In this document: positions 55,486 to 64,000 of the stretch, one piece after another
Layout of the letters: each line of letters begins with the position of its first letter
How positions within the stretch are numbered: position 1 is the first letter of the stretch
From: an uncultured Gammaproteobacteria bacterium
Lineage (GTDB): Bacteria > Patescibacteriota > Microgenomatia > UBA1406 > HO2-37-13b
NCBI GenBank assembly: GCA_964612595.1
Contig: CAZTFB010000003.1
Coordinates: 32,272-96,271 of the forward strand
Direction: 5' to 3'
Length of the DNA stretch: 64,000 nucleotides
Position numbers and translations under genes: made by a program
Notes under the pieces: generated by a model
The model's database searches: none
What the model saw: the letters and a program-made list of their open reading frames with translations, nothing else
Told to the model about the DNA's origin: nothing

Positions 55486-55566
55486 AGTGATAATCCAGAA
55501 TATCACAATATTTGTACGAAAGTCAAATAAAAATTGCAGGTTACTAATGCTCAATGAATCAAAGAT

Positions 55567-56835
55567 TTATCGGCCAAAAAATTGCATTATTCCTTTGAGT
55601 AATGAAGGATCACTTTCAACCTCACGTCGCATATTATCATCACCAGGTTTCCCTAATAAATATGGGTCTGTTGGTCGTGGTGTTGGTAATGGACAATACG
55701 GGTTACTACATTGCCCTATAGTTTTGCCATCCGTTGAGCAAGTAAAATGCGGAGGGCACCCCCCGTAGTCTTCAGTACACACCTCTCCAATACCTGGAAG
55801 TGTGAAACATTGCTTTCCACATAAGAGATCTTTAGGGTCTGTTGGCCTACAATGTGCCTTATTCAAACATATGCATGCTTTACTTCCATCTGTACAGTCA
55901 GTGTTGACCATACATTTACACTCAGATGTTCTGCAATCTGGGTTAGGGTCAGATGGATTTGCTACGTTTCGACAGCTTCCTTCAGCACATTGGCCTGGCA
56001 AACATCGATCACCACAAACGCCACTCATTGGAGTAGGTGTGAGCGTAAGTGTTGGTGTTGCGGCATTACAAGTTATGTCATAAACGGTCTTCTTTTTTCC
56101 TGGGTTCTCGGGATCATCAATTTCTCTAGTCGCTCTGACTGAGCACGAATTTGGCGCACAACATGGATTACCTCCTGGAAAGGCTGGATTACTGCACCCA
56201 AAGCTTGTTCCATTGCGATCACCTGTGGGAAGACATCGAGGTGGTCCTCCAGGGGTCGGGGTGATTTCAGATAAAGGTATACACCTCTTGGTACCTTGAC
56301 CTAAATCCTGACAGAAATGACCATCAGCACAGCATTGTTCTATACCGACACAACTCTGACCACCAACAGGTCTACGTGGACAGCCAGCACCCGCCTCAGG
56401 AGTTGGTTGTTGTGTGGGCAGTGGCGTACTAGTAAGAGCCCCGGGGGGGCTATTGGTTGGAGTGAGTGTTGAGCTCACCCCACAACACCATGCTTGGGCA
56501 ATCTGAGCCCATCTCTCCGCAGAAAAACATGTTCCACCATAATTGCTTTGTACCCAACGTATTATATCTCTGCTCGCACTTGGTTGAAATCTTCGACCAT
56601 CAGAACATGTCGCATTAATACCGGGCGATCCATTAGATCCATAATATCGGTAGCAGTTTCCTCTTGGGTTCCAACTCGCACCCCCCAGATCGAAGGTGCC
56701 CTCTGAAACCCCACAAGTCTGTGCATTACCAAATCTACTTGTTGAGTTTTGCAATCCTTCTGTAACGAGTGATGTGACGAAGAGTGAAAGACCAACGAGA
56801 AGCGTACCAGCAATAGCAGCGAACCTTGTATTCAT
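55567..56835 (-). CDS. secreted Cys-rich protein (422 aa, over 40 Cys) with Pro/Thr linkers
   Basis: Signal peptide. Dense, regularly spaced Cys (CxxGxC, CC pairs) suggest multiple disulfide-knotted modules. Unknown function. Confidence 0.5.
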   Translation of the reverse strand: MNTRFAAIAGTLLVGLSLFVTSLVTEGLQNSTSRFGNAQTCGVSEGTFDLGGASWNPRGNCYRYYGSNGSPGINATCSDGRRFQPSASRDIIRWVQSNYGGTCFSAERWAQIAQAWCCGVSSTLTPTNSPPGALTSTPLPTQQPTPEAGAGCPRRPVGGQSCVGIEQCCADGHFCQDLGQGTKRCIPLSEITPTPGGPPRCLPTGDRNGTSFGCSNPAFPGGNPCCAPNSCSVRATREIDDPENPGKKKTVYDITCNAATPTLTLTPTPMSGVCGDRCLPGQCAEGSCRNVANPSDPNPDCRTSECKCMVNTDCTDGSKACICLNKAHCRPTDPKDLLCGKQCFTLPGIGEVCTEDYGGCPPHFTCSTDGKTIGQCSNPYCPLPTPRPTDPYLLGKPGDDNMRREVESDPSLLKGIMQFFGR

Positions 56836-56890
56836 GATTTAAGTAAAACATAGCGTGAAATCACTGTCAAGGGGAATATATTGTAGGCAA

Positions 56891-56923
56891 CAAAAAAGGC
56901 CCCGAAATCGGGGCCTTTTTTTA
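56891..56923. terminator. strong bidirectional intrinsic terminator downstream of rplL
   Basis: A6-GGCCCCG-AAAT-CGGGGCC-T7. Perfect 7-bp GC stem flanked by A- and T-runs. Confidence 0.8.
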
Positions 56924-56956
56924 TAAGACACGACCTTTTCAAGCCGCGGGCTTGTT

Positions 56957-57382
56957 TTATTTCAGCTCTGCTTTACCGCCTGCTTCTGTGATTTTTGCCA
57001 CAGCTGCATCGGCGTCTTCTTTCTTAGCGTTCGCAAGAATCTCTTTTGGAGCTTCTTCGACGAGTTTCTTAGCATCCATAAGACCAAGTTCTGGCTTGAC
57101 CTCACGAACTGCTTTAATAACTGCGAGTTTATTAGCACCTGCGTCGGTGAGCATTACGCTGAAGGATGTTTTCTCCTCAGCCGCTTCACCAGCTGCTGGA
57201 GCACCAGCCATTGGCATAGCAGCCATCGCTGGCATCGCGGATACGCCGAACACCTCTTCGAGGTGCTTTGCCAGTTCTGAAAGCTCCAATGCAGTAAGAC
57301 CTTCAATTTCTTTAGCGATCTTTTCTACTTTTGCTGAGAGTTTCGTTGTTGTTTTTGTTTCTTCTACTTGTTCATCTGCCAT
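56957..57382 (-). CDS. rplL: 50S ribosomal protein L7/L12
   Basis: Ala-rich hinge and the conserved C-terminal domain (KLAVIKAVREV...GLMDAKKLVEEAPKEI...AGGKAELK). Confidence 0.9.
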   Translation of the reverse strand: MADEQVEETKTTTKLSAKVEKIAKEIEGLTALELSELAKHLEEVFGVSAMPAMAAMPMAGAPAAGEAAEEKTSFSVMLTDAGANKLAVIKAVREVKPELGLMDAKKLVEEAPKEILANAKKEDADAAVAKITEAGGKAELK

Positions 57383-57409
57383 ACCTTTTTCACCTCCTTT
57401 AAATAAATA

Positions 57410-57973
57410 TCAGTTAGCTTTTTCAGCTGCATTTTTAAGTACCGTTACCAACTGTGTTGCATTGAACTTTAAGCCATACACCAACTTCGAAGACGGAGCG
57501 CGCAGTGACCAGATTATCTTTGTGATGAGCTCTTCTTTGCTTGGAAGATCTGCGAGTTGTGAGAGTCCTGCTTGAACGTACACAACGCCGTCGATGAGCC
57601 CAGCTTTAAACTGCATCCCCTCTTCTTCCTTGCCGAATGTTTTGAGTGTTTTTAATCCAGTAATCCAATCTTCAGAAAGGAAAAGCACGGCTGACTGTCC
57701 AGAAGTATTTTCGACGAGTGTTGCAACCTCTTCGGCGGTCATTGCCTTTGCATTTTTATTAAACTTTTCGAGTGCGACTTTAAAAAGGGAGTTTTTTAGA
57801 ATCATGAGGCCAGATTTTGCTGTTTTATCTGGGGCAAGCTCGCGAAGTTTCGCACGAAATTCCTCAAGTTTTTTATGTTTTGTTGCGCCAAATCCAATAA
57901 CAATGAACTGAGGATTTTCCTCAAGTAAGGTAACAAAATTTTCTACGTATGCACGTTTCTGTGTGTTTGGCAT
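57410..57973 (-). CDS. rplJ: 50S ribosomal protein L10
   Basis: Immediately upstream of rplL, 187 aa, L10-like composition and order. About 210 nt of ORF-free leader upstream is consistent with the autoregulatory L10 leader. Confidence 0.8.
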   Translation of the reverse strand: MPNTQKRAYVENFVTLLEENPQFIVIGFGATKHKKLEEFRAKLRELAPDKTAKSGLMILKNSLFKVALEKFNKNAKAMTAEEVATLVENTSGQSAVLFLSEDWITGLKTLKTFGKEEEGMQFKAGLIDGVVYVQAGLSQLADLPSKEELITKIIWSLRAPSSKLVYGLKFNATQLVTVLKNAAEKAN

Positions 57974-58185
57974 GTAAGCGTTCTACCGCTGGAACTATTT
58001 TAGTAATTTATGTCTTGCGACGACCCGCGGTCTCTGAACAGAAGTTATTGTATAACATATGTGTGCGAATTTCAAGATCTATAAATTTAAATGCAGTATC
58101 GCTCATCCTGAAGAAGACCCGCTGCTCGACCTCATTACTACTTGCAATTAACCAAAATTTCATATAACGTGTATATATTATATAT

Positions 58186-58692
58186 ATGCAGCCACAGATA
58201 CAAAAATTTGCCTTACTCACATGTTCTTTTATGTTTTTGTTGTCTCTCCTCCTTACAGCCTTCACTCCAGTTAGCGCCGCCGTGCCAAAAACCGACACCA
58301 CAGAAAATTTCGCCACCCAGCCAACCCCAAACCAAGTCATCGTTAAATATAAGAAAGACCTCTCCCCACAAGCCTTACAACTAAAAGTCGATGAACGCAA
58401 GATACAAAGATCTGGCACGTTCGGCTCAATCCGCCTATTTTTCGATAACTTAAAATACAAACTAAATAAGCAAGCTCTCCCAGAAGACCAACTTCTTCGC
58501 ATCCAGCAGGCCGACGAGAAAGCTGGAGCAAAAAACAAGTCGCGCATATTCGAAGGTAATGATGAAAATCAACGTAACCTTTTTGTTGTTGAAATCGAGC
58601 CATCAAAAACAATCGAAGATGCAATCCGAATTTACGAAGCACTACCAGAAGTTGAATACGCTGAACCCAATTATACATTTTTCGCATTTTGA
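58186..58692 (+). CDS. stand-alone subtilisin-propeptide (inhibitor I9)-like secreted protein
   Basis: Signal peptide. VIVKYKKDLSPQAL...VEYAEPNYTFFAF parallels the pro-domain of the downstream S8 protease (EFIIKFKDGHSPAQL...VEYIEPNYIY). No catalytic domain. Confidence 0.55.
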   Translation: MQPQIQKFALLTCSFMFLLSLLLTAFTPVSAAVPKTDTTENFATQPTPNQVIVKYKKDLSPQALQLKVDERKIQRSGTFGSIRLFFDNLKYKLNKQALPEDQLLRIQQADEKAGAKNKSRIFEGNDENQRNLFVVEIEPSKTIEDAIRIYEALPEVEYAEPNYTFFAF

Positions 58693-60377
58693 CAGATATG
58701 AAACACATCAAACTTACACTTGGTCTCACCGTTCTCACGCTATTTCTTTCTGTCATCATGTTCTCTTTAAGGAACGCAGAACCGATCAAAGCACAAGAAC
58801 GACCAACCACTTATCTACTTGAAGAAGGTCAATATGTACCCGGCGAGTTTATCATTAAATTTAAAGATGGCCATTCCCCTGCACAACTCGAGCAAGCAGT
58901 TGTGACTGATTCTGAAAAACCAACGTTTCTCCGACGCGTACGATCAATTTTCGGCATGCAATCAGGTTTGCAAAGCGAGCTTAATAGTCTCAAAGCACTC
59001 GAAGATAAATATCAACTCCAATCAGCAAATGCAATTGAAACGTTTGGAAACGCAGGTGCAGAGGTGCTTTTTAACGAAACATACGTCTATTCCTATAGTT
59101 CAAGTGTGAACCCCGCTGATGTACTTCGCGACTATAACAATATGGAAAATGTAGAGTATATTGAGCCAAACTATATATATAGAACATCAAAAGCTCCTAA
59201 CGATCCAAATTATGGAAATTTGTGGGGTATGAAAACGATTAAGGCCGAAGAAGCTTGGGAAGAGTCAACCGGCTTAAGTAGCGTAAAGGTTGCGGTTGTT
59301 GATACAGGTGTACAAGTGAGCCATCCAGATTTACAAGCAAATGTACTTAAAAGTGAGGGCACTGGCCCAGGATGTCAAGATAACATAGACACAGGCAGTC
59401 ATGGCTCACATGTCGCAGGAACAATCGGCGCGGTTGGCAATAACGGCACGGGTGTTGCGGGCGTCAATTGGAATGTGAGCATTAATGGATATGCTGTGCT
59501 ATGTTCGGGAGGTTCCGGGTCACTTGCAACAATAGCTGCTGGTGTAAATAAAGCAGTCGCAGATGGCAATAAAGTAATTAATATGAGTCTTGGAGGGAAT
59601 AGCGATTCAACAACATTTCACAACGCCATAATCAATGCAAAAAATTCGGGTGTTACGGTTGTCGTCGCCGCAGGAAACTGTTGGAATCAGCCACAATCTC
59701 AAAAATGTCCGCTCCCCAACCAAGCACAGAGAGGAAGTTCTGACTTTACCTACCCTGCCGCATATCCAGAAGTGATTACCGTAGCTGCAACCACATCGAG
59801 TGATCAATCTGCATCTTTTTCTAACCGAGGAAGAGCAAACGATATCGCTGCACCAGGTGTCCAAATCGAATCAACATGGCCACCAAGCGGCTACAATTCT
59901 ATTTCTGGCACAAGTATGGCTTCGCCACATGTCGCGGGTGCAGCTGCTTTCCTATTATCAGTCAATCCAAACCTCACACCTGATCAAATTCAGAATGCGC
60001 TCCAATGCACAGGTGATGATCTTGGGGCTGCTGGATGGGACGAAATATTTGGTCATGGTCGACTTAACTTGAAAGCTGCAGTTGCTGCAGTTAAAAGTGG
60101 CAATATTCCCACATGTTCTGTACCAGGTCAACCAACAAGCGTGCCACAACCGACAAGTTCTGGCGGAACACCAAACCCAACAAGTGGTATAGGTACACCG
60201 GTTCCTACAGGAGGACAACGAGCACATCCATGTCCAGAAGAGGCAGCTAAAGGCAACTACAACTGTACAACGCCGACCGATGATACTGATTACAAAGCGT
60301 GGGAGGCAGAGTTTAAACAAGGCTTTGCATCACTTAGTCCGTGGTTTGAGTATATTCGCAAGGCAATATATAACTAA
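58689..60377 (+). CDS. subtilisin-like serine protease (peptidase S8) with N-terminal anchor and I9 propeptide
   Basis: Catalytic triad blocks VAVVDTGV (Asp), HGSHVAGTIGA (His) and GTSMASPHVAGAAAFL (Ser). Pro/Thr-rich C-terminal extension. Confidence 0.85.
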   Translation: MTDMKHIKLTLGLTVLTLFLSVIMFSLRNAEPIKAQERPTTYLLEEGQYVPGEFIIKFKDGHSPAQLEQAVVTDSEKPTFLRRVRSIFGMQSGLQSELNSLKALEDKYQLQSANAIETFGNAGAEVLFNETYVYSYSSSVNPADVLRDYNNMENVEYIEPNYIYRTSKAPNDPNYGNLWGMKTIKAEEAWEESTGLSSVKVAVVDTGVQVSHPDLQANVLKSEGTGPGCQDNIDTGSHGSHVAGTIGAVGNNGTGVAGVNWNVSINGYAVLCSGGSGSLATIAAGVNKAVADGNKVINMSLGGNSDSTTFHNAIINAKNSGVTVVVAAGNCWNQPQSQKCPLPNQAQRGSSDFTYPAAYPEVITVAATTSSDQSASFSNRGRANDIAAPGVQIESTWPPSGYNSISGTSMASPHVAGAAAFLLSVNPNLTPDQIQNALQCTGDDLGAAGWDEIFGHGRLNLKAAVAAVKSGNIPTCSVPGQPTSVPQPTSSGGTPNPTSGIGTPVPTGGQRAHPCPEEAAKGNYNCTTPTDDTDYKAWEAEFKQGFASLSPWFEYIRKAIYN

Positions 60378-60379
60378 TT

Positions 60380-60676
60380 ATGAGAATCGGGCCATTCTAC
60401 TTTGATACAAAGGAGATGTTTTTGATAATTGCTGTGCTTCTTTTGTCTGCGGCTCTCTACTTCAATATACAACTTATGTTTTTCGAGCCGCGATCACTAC
60501 TAACCCTTGCCGTTATCTTTCTCATACTAAAAGGCTTGCTTCCATCTATTCATAACGAGGCATTTTTCCTTCATGCTATTGTGACAATCCTTTTAACGAT
60601 GTTTCTCCCTTTGTTTCAGGTCATTCTATTTTACGCTGTCACATTCGTCTTCTTTAAAGTACTACGTGTAATTTAA
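60380..60676 (+). CDS. small three-TM membrane protein (98 aa)
   Basis: Hydrophobic throughout. Starts 3 nt after the S8 stop. Confidence 0.4.
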   Translation: MRIGPFYFDTKEMFLIIAVLLLSAALYFNIQLMFFEPRSLLTLAVIFLILKGLLPSIHNEAFFLHAIVTILLTMFLPLFQVILFYAVTFVFFKVLRVI

Positions 60677-60733
60677 GCGGTATAACAACCCAGACTATTG
60701 ACAGGATATAACACCTGCTTTATAATACCGTCT

Positions 60734-60958
60734 ATGTCAATCGAAGGCACAAGCAATAAAAAGCTATCACTCGAAGACTTACCAGATCTTCTTACCATTC
60801 GTGAAGTCGCAGATATTCTCCGTGTATCCCCTCTTACGATTAAAAGATGGGGTAAAAGAGGAAAGCTACCAGCAATTCGCATAAATTCTCGTGGTGACCG
60901 ACGCTATAGAAAAGAAGTCGTACTCAGAATGCTCGGTGTTGATGTTGAAGTAGCTTGA
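60734..60958 (+). CDS. excisionase/MerR-superfamily helix-turn-helix DNA-binding protein
   Basis: LLTIREVADILRVSPLTIKRWGKRGKLPAIRI matches the HTH_17/Xis-type motif. Start taken at MSIEGTS. Confidence 0.55.
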   Translation: MSIEGTSNKKLSLEDLPDLLTIREVADILRVSPLTIKRWGKRGKLPAIRINSRGDRRYRKEVVLRMLGVDVEVA

Positions 60959-60972
60959 GTATTCTAGGTTTT

Positions 60973-63036
60973 TTAGGAAATTCGCGATCTTCCTGCTCTT
61001 GCTGCTCCAGCAGCTGCACCACCAGCCAACGCAGCACCACCTACAGTAGGTCCAACTGCTTTAGCACCTGTAGCAATTGAGGCAAGACTAGCTGCCCCAA
61101 TTGCAGATCCAGTTGCTGTTAGTCCTGCCCATGCTACGGGCCCAAGCAATGCGCCTCCCGTTGTTAGAGCTAGTATCAAAAGTGCTATCTGCTTATTACT
61201 CAGTCGTCCGATTTTTTCTTTCCATGATCCTGGGCCCTGAAGCACATCACTCTTCATCAATGCATCCATATCTTTTACATGATCTGCATTATCTTGCAAA
61301 GCTTTTTCAAGAAGACCACTTCCCCATGTACTGTTTTTAATCTTAGCAATTTCAGAAGAATTGAGCCTCTTCACTCCTGTCGCCCTTCTCTGAAAAAATC
61401 CCCGGCTTGCATACATCTTCTCGCGTAGGACCTGCGTCGCGAAATCTTGTGATTCTGCCTTCATCCACTCAGCATCCTTCAACTTCCCAAGTATAAATTT
61501 TCCACCAAACTCCTTTGTCTTATTCATCATTTGTATGATGGCAAATTCCGGACCAGTAAGGTAATAAACCTCATTTCCAGGTGGAGGTGTTGTTCCCCAT
61601 CCAGATGGCGGCATTTCGGTAATGACAACCTCGTTCGGATTTGTTGGATGCTGCTCAATACGATACTCAGTACTATCTTTTTTCATGGCAACGAAGTCCT
61701 CGTTAATTGCTTTTCCATCAATCTTACCATCTTTGGTTTTATGTCTTTTTGCACGCAACTCCAGATACTGCTTCTCATCAACGTCCTTTGCTCTCTCTGC
61801 AGACTCTTCCATAGCCTTATCTGCAGCTGCTTTTGCTCTATCAAGACGCTCCATAAGCTCTTGTTCAATACCCTTCTTAAAAACGTTTTCGAGCTCTGAT
61901 ACAGCAAGCTCCTCAGTGCGAGCTTTTCCAGCTTCCAAGCGGGTTTTTTTTATTGTAATCTCAGCCAATTCATCATCTGTCGCTTTTTTATCGTCCTTTA
62001 ATTTTTGTAGTTCCTCTAACTTTATACGTAATTTATCATCTAAATCTTCTCTTTCACCCCTCCCTGCATCTACTTTCATCTGTTCAGCAGCTTTTTTCCT
62101 CTCTTCATCAGCAATTTTTTCCATGAATTCTTTTATCTTGTCATTCTTATCATCTATCTCACCAGCTACACGAGTACGATCAGGATCACCCTTTAGATTA
62201 GTCCACTGTCTTTCTGATTTTTGAACTTCAGAAGTAAGTGTTGCGATACTTGCTCTATGACCTGCAATAACGGCTTCATGGGCAGCGATTTTCGTCCTAG
62301 CAGCTTCTATGTCTTTATATTCTGTACCCAGCGTTTTTGGTTTAGTGAGATCAGGGTTTTTATCAAATTCTGCTCGTCGTTTTTTAATAACCACTATCTC
62401 GGCTTCAATTGCCGAAATATCGCTAGTAAGTTTTGTTGATTTATCCTTAAGCGATGTTGCCTTGACCTGAATTTCTGAAAATTCGTCTGCTACTTCACCC
62501 CTATTGATTGCAGACTCAAGCAGTGCTTGACGAACCTTTTCTCTTGCATATGGGTCCTGTAGATACTTCTCGGCAAGTGCTTTTGCTGCTGTAACACGAT
62601 CACCCGTTGGAACTAGTGCAAAATATTCTGTTAAAGCAGGATGGGTCATTAAAAATTTACCTGTTGATGTCACTACATTTTGACCTTCAGTTGTAGCTAA
62701 GAAGTCTGCAAAATCAAGTTGATCACTAAAGTAAGTTTCCACCCTTTTTATTGCGTCAACCGCGCGGTCATATCGACCCTGATACCCCACACCGGTATGA
62801 TCAATACTTCCATCTTTTTGTAAAATGCCTATAGAAACATCGAGATTAGCACGTAGGATTGCTGGACTTACCTGTTCACCAGCGGCGATTTGTAGCGTCG
62901 TAAAAACGTCTTTATCAGCTTCTGCTTTCAGCACGCCCGCTACCTGTGCACCATGATCAGTAATTTTATTTGGTGGTGGTGCCCCCTCTACTTTAGCTAC
63001 CGCCTCTTGTGCTACTTCGCGTAATGTGTCAGCCAT
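60973..63036 (-). CDS. large coiled-coil protein with C-terminal Gly/Ala-rich TM hairpin (687 aa)
   Basis: Extended K/E-rich heptad regions. C-terminus (LLILALTTGGALLGPVAWAGLTATGSAIGAASLASIATGA) is predicted to be membrane-embedded. Confidence 0.45.
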   Translation of the reverse strand: MADTLREVAQEAVAKVEGAPPPNKITDHGAQVAGVLKAEADKDVFTTLQIAAGEQVSPAILRANLDVSIGILQKDGSIDHTGVGYQGRYDRAVDAIKRVETYFSDQLDFADFLATTEGQNVVTSTGKFLMTHPALTEYFALVPTGDRVTAAKALAEKYLQDPYAREKVRQALLESAINRGEVADEFSEIQVKATSLKDKSTKLTSDISAIEAEIVVIKKRRAEFDKNPDLTKPKTLGTEYKDIEAARTKIAAHEAVIAGHRASIATLTSEVQKSERQWTNLKGDPDRTRVAGEIDDKNDKIKEFMEKIADEERKKAAEQMKVDAGRGEREDLDDKLRIKLEELQKLKDDKKATDDELAEITIKKTRLEAGKARTEELAVSELENVFKKGIEQELMERLDRAKAAADKAMEESAERAKDVDEKQYLELRAKRHKTKDGKIDGKAINEDFVAMKKDSTEYRIEQHPTNPNEVVITEMPPSGWGTTPPPGNEVYYLTGPEFAIIQMMNKTKEFGGKFILGKLKDAEWMKAESQDFATQVLREKMYASRGFFQRRATGVKRLNSSEIAKIKNSTWGSGLLEKALQDNADHVKDMDALMKSDVLQGPGSWKEKIGRLSNKQIALLILALTTGGALLGPVAWAGLTATGSAIGAASLASIATGAKAVGPTVGGAALAGGAAAGAARAGRSRIS

Positions 63037-63038
63037 AG

Positions 63039-63356
63039 TTAATTAACTGTATCGTCGTCCATTGTTTTAATATATGCGGACAATTTATCAATAACCTCTT
63101 TTTCTTTATCCTCAACCGCTTTGCCACCCGCAACCACCTGGGTATTTTTGAAAGCCGGCCATTTTTCGCTTAGCTCACTAAGGAATCCGTCAACTTCTTC
63201 TTCTTTTATTACTTGCGTTTTATCGAGAATAAACTTTGCAGCCTCACGCATTTCAGCCATATTCATCTCGCCAGACTCAACAGCCGCAATCAAATCATTA
63301 AGCAGTTTTTTTTGTAGTTCGTGAACAAAACCACCTTGTGCATTTTCGTCGTGCAT
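63039..63356 (-). CDS. small acidic protein (105 aa)
   Basis: Intact ORF 2 nt downstream of the coiled-coil gene, probably co-transcribed. Confidence 0.35.
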   Translation of the reverse strand: MHDENAQGGFVHELQKKLLNDLIAAVESGEMNMAEMREAAKFILDKTQVIKEEEVDGFLSELSEKWPAFKNTQVVAGGKAVEDKEKEVIDKLSAYIKTMDDDTVN

Positions 63357-63430
63357 ACATTGAATATATCATGATTAAAAATGTAGTGTCAAGGGCTTTA
63401 AGGTTAAAATTTTGTACGACCGTATTATTG

Positions 63431-63970
63431 TTACTGTGTTGAAGTGTCTGAGGATGCTGGTGATGCTGGAGCCTTGAAATCTGGTAGGTCTGGTTGTGAC
63501 TTTGACTGCAAATCCGCAAGTAGCCCGTCGAGTTGGTTTTGTGGATTTGCAGGAGCTACTTCTGTTGGTGCTGTAGGTTCCGCTGCAGCTGGCTCGCTTG
63601 GTACTGAAGGAACAACTGGCATTGATGGCGCTGTTTGTGGAGCTGCTGGATTTGCAGCTGGAGCCTCATCGATTCCAGGCATAGACGGCATATTTGGCGT
63701 TGCATCAGGCAAAGAAGATGTCGTTGACCCTGGAATAGTACCTGACATATCGGCTACTGGAGCGGCAGTTGTTGCCATAGGATCGGAAGGAGTAGCCATT
63801 GAGTCTACTGCAATTTGAGCTGGATCTGCCGCAACTGGTGTTGGCGCCACCTCTTCAGGTGCAGGTGCCATTACCGGCGCTCCCCCAGCTGTTAAACCGA
63901 GTGCTGTTTCAAACTCACTCTGTGTAAATCCTTTTAGTCCAATCTTTTCACCTGTATCCTTTTCTATCAT
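63431..63970 (-). CDS. Ala/Pro-rich low-complexity protein, N-terminus at 63970
   Basis: Listed start MIEKDTGEKIGLKGFTQSEFE, then A/P/T-rich repeats. Confidence 0.3.
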   Translation of the reverse strand: MIEKDTGEKIGLKGFTQSEFETALGLTAGGAPVMAPAPEEVAPTPVAADPAQIAVDSMATPSDPMATTAAPVADMSGTIPGSTTSSLPDATPNMPSMPGIDEAPAANPAAPQTAPSMPVVPSVPSEPAAAEPTAPTEVAPANPQNQLDGLLADLQSKSQPDLPDFKAPASPASSDTSTQ

Positions 63971-64000
63971 CGTAAAAGGAACACCAGCAAACTTGTCTGA

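Noticed and set aside
57974-58810. ORFs 58008..58547(-), 58343..58810(-), 58142..58384(+) around the rplJ leader and the I9-like gene
   Set aside because: They overlap a well-supported secreted-protein gene and the expected untranslated L10 leader, and no motifs are recognised. Judged spurious.
1-64000. CRISPR arrays and rRNA genes
   Set aside because: No regularly spaced repeat-spacer arrays of 25-40 bp were seen. The only tandem repeat is a 27-bp coding repeat. No 16S/23S/5S conserved blocks were recognised.

Overview
This is a gene-dense bacterial chromosome segment with low GC (roughly 38-42% by eye) and a Gram-positive-type envelope. It is most consistent with a reduced-genome, Saccharibacteria/CPR-like organism, but that placement is inference. 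Housekeeping genes include yebC, lgt, a Kef-type antiporter, dnaB, maf, two carbamoyltransferases, pepP, def, rpmB, rplJ-rplL, a SpoU methyltransferase, tRNA-Leu(CAA) and tRNA-Thr(GGU). At least five sharply bounded high-GC (about 55-65%) insertions interrupt this backbone. Three of them are flanked by short direct repeats (10 bp, 9 bp and about 33 bp). Together they carry small secreted or Cys-rich proteins, a LysM protein, a dual-M23 peptidoglycan hydrolase and a Gly/Pro/Thr/Cys-rich lipoprotein. Other notable loci are listed below.
- A translationally coupled nucleotidyltransferase (AbiEii/DUF1814-like) plus HD-phosphohydrolase pair sits beside tRNA-Leu, and may be a toxin-antitoxin or defence module.
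- A surface-protein cluster around tRNA-Thr contains a VirB4/HerA-type ATPase and a VirB6/TrbL-like membrane protein (T4SS-like).
- An approximately 7.4 kb cohesin-dockerin locus has three cohesin-like anchored proteins followed by three dockerin-bearing proteins and a Cys-rich secreted protein.
- A subtilisin (S8) gene is preceded by a stand-alone propeptide gene.
A recurring TATAAT(A/G)CTATAGG promoter-like motif and several intrinsic-terminator hairpins are visible. No CRISPR array and no rRNA were found.
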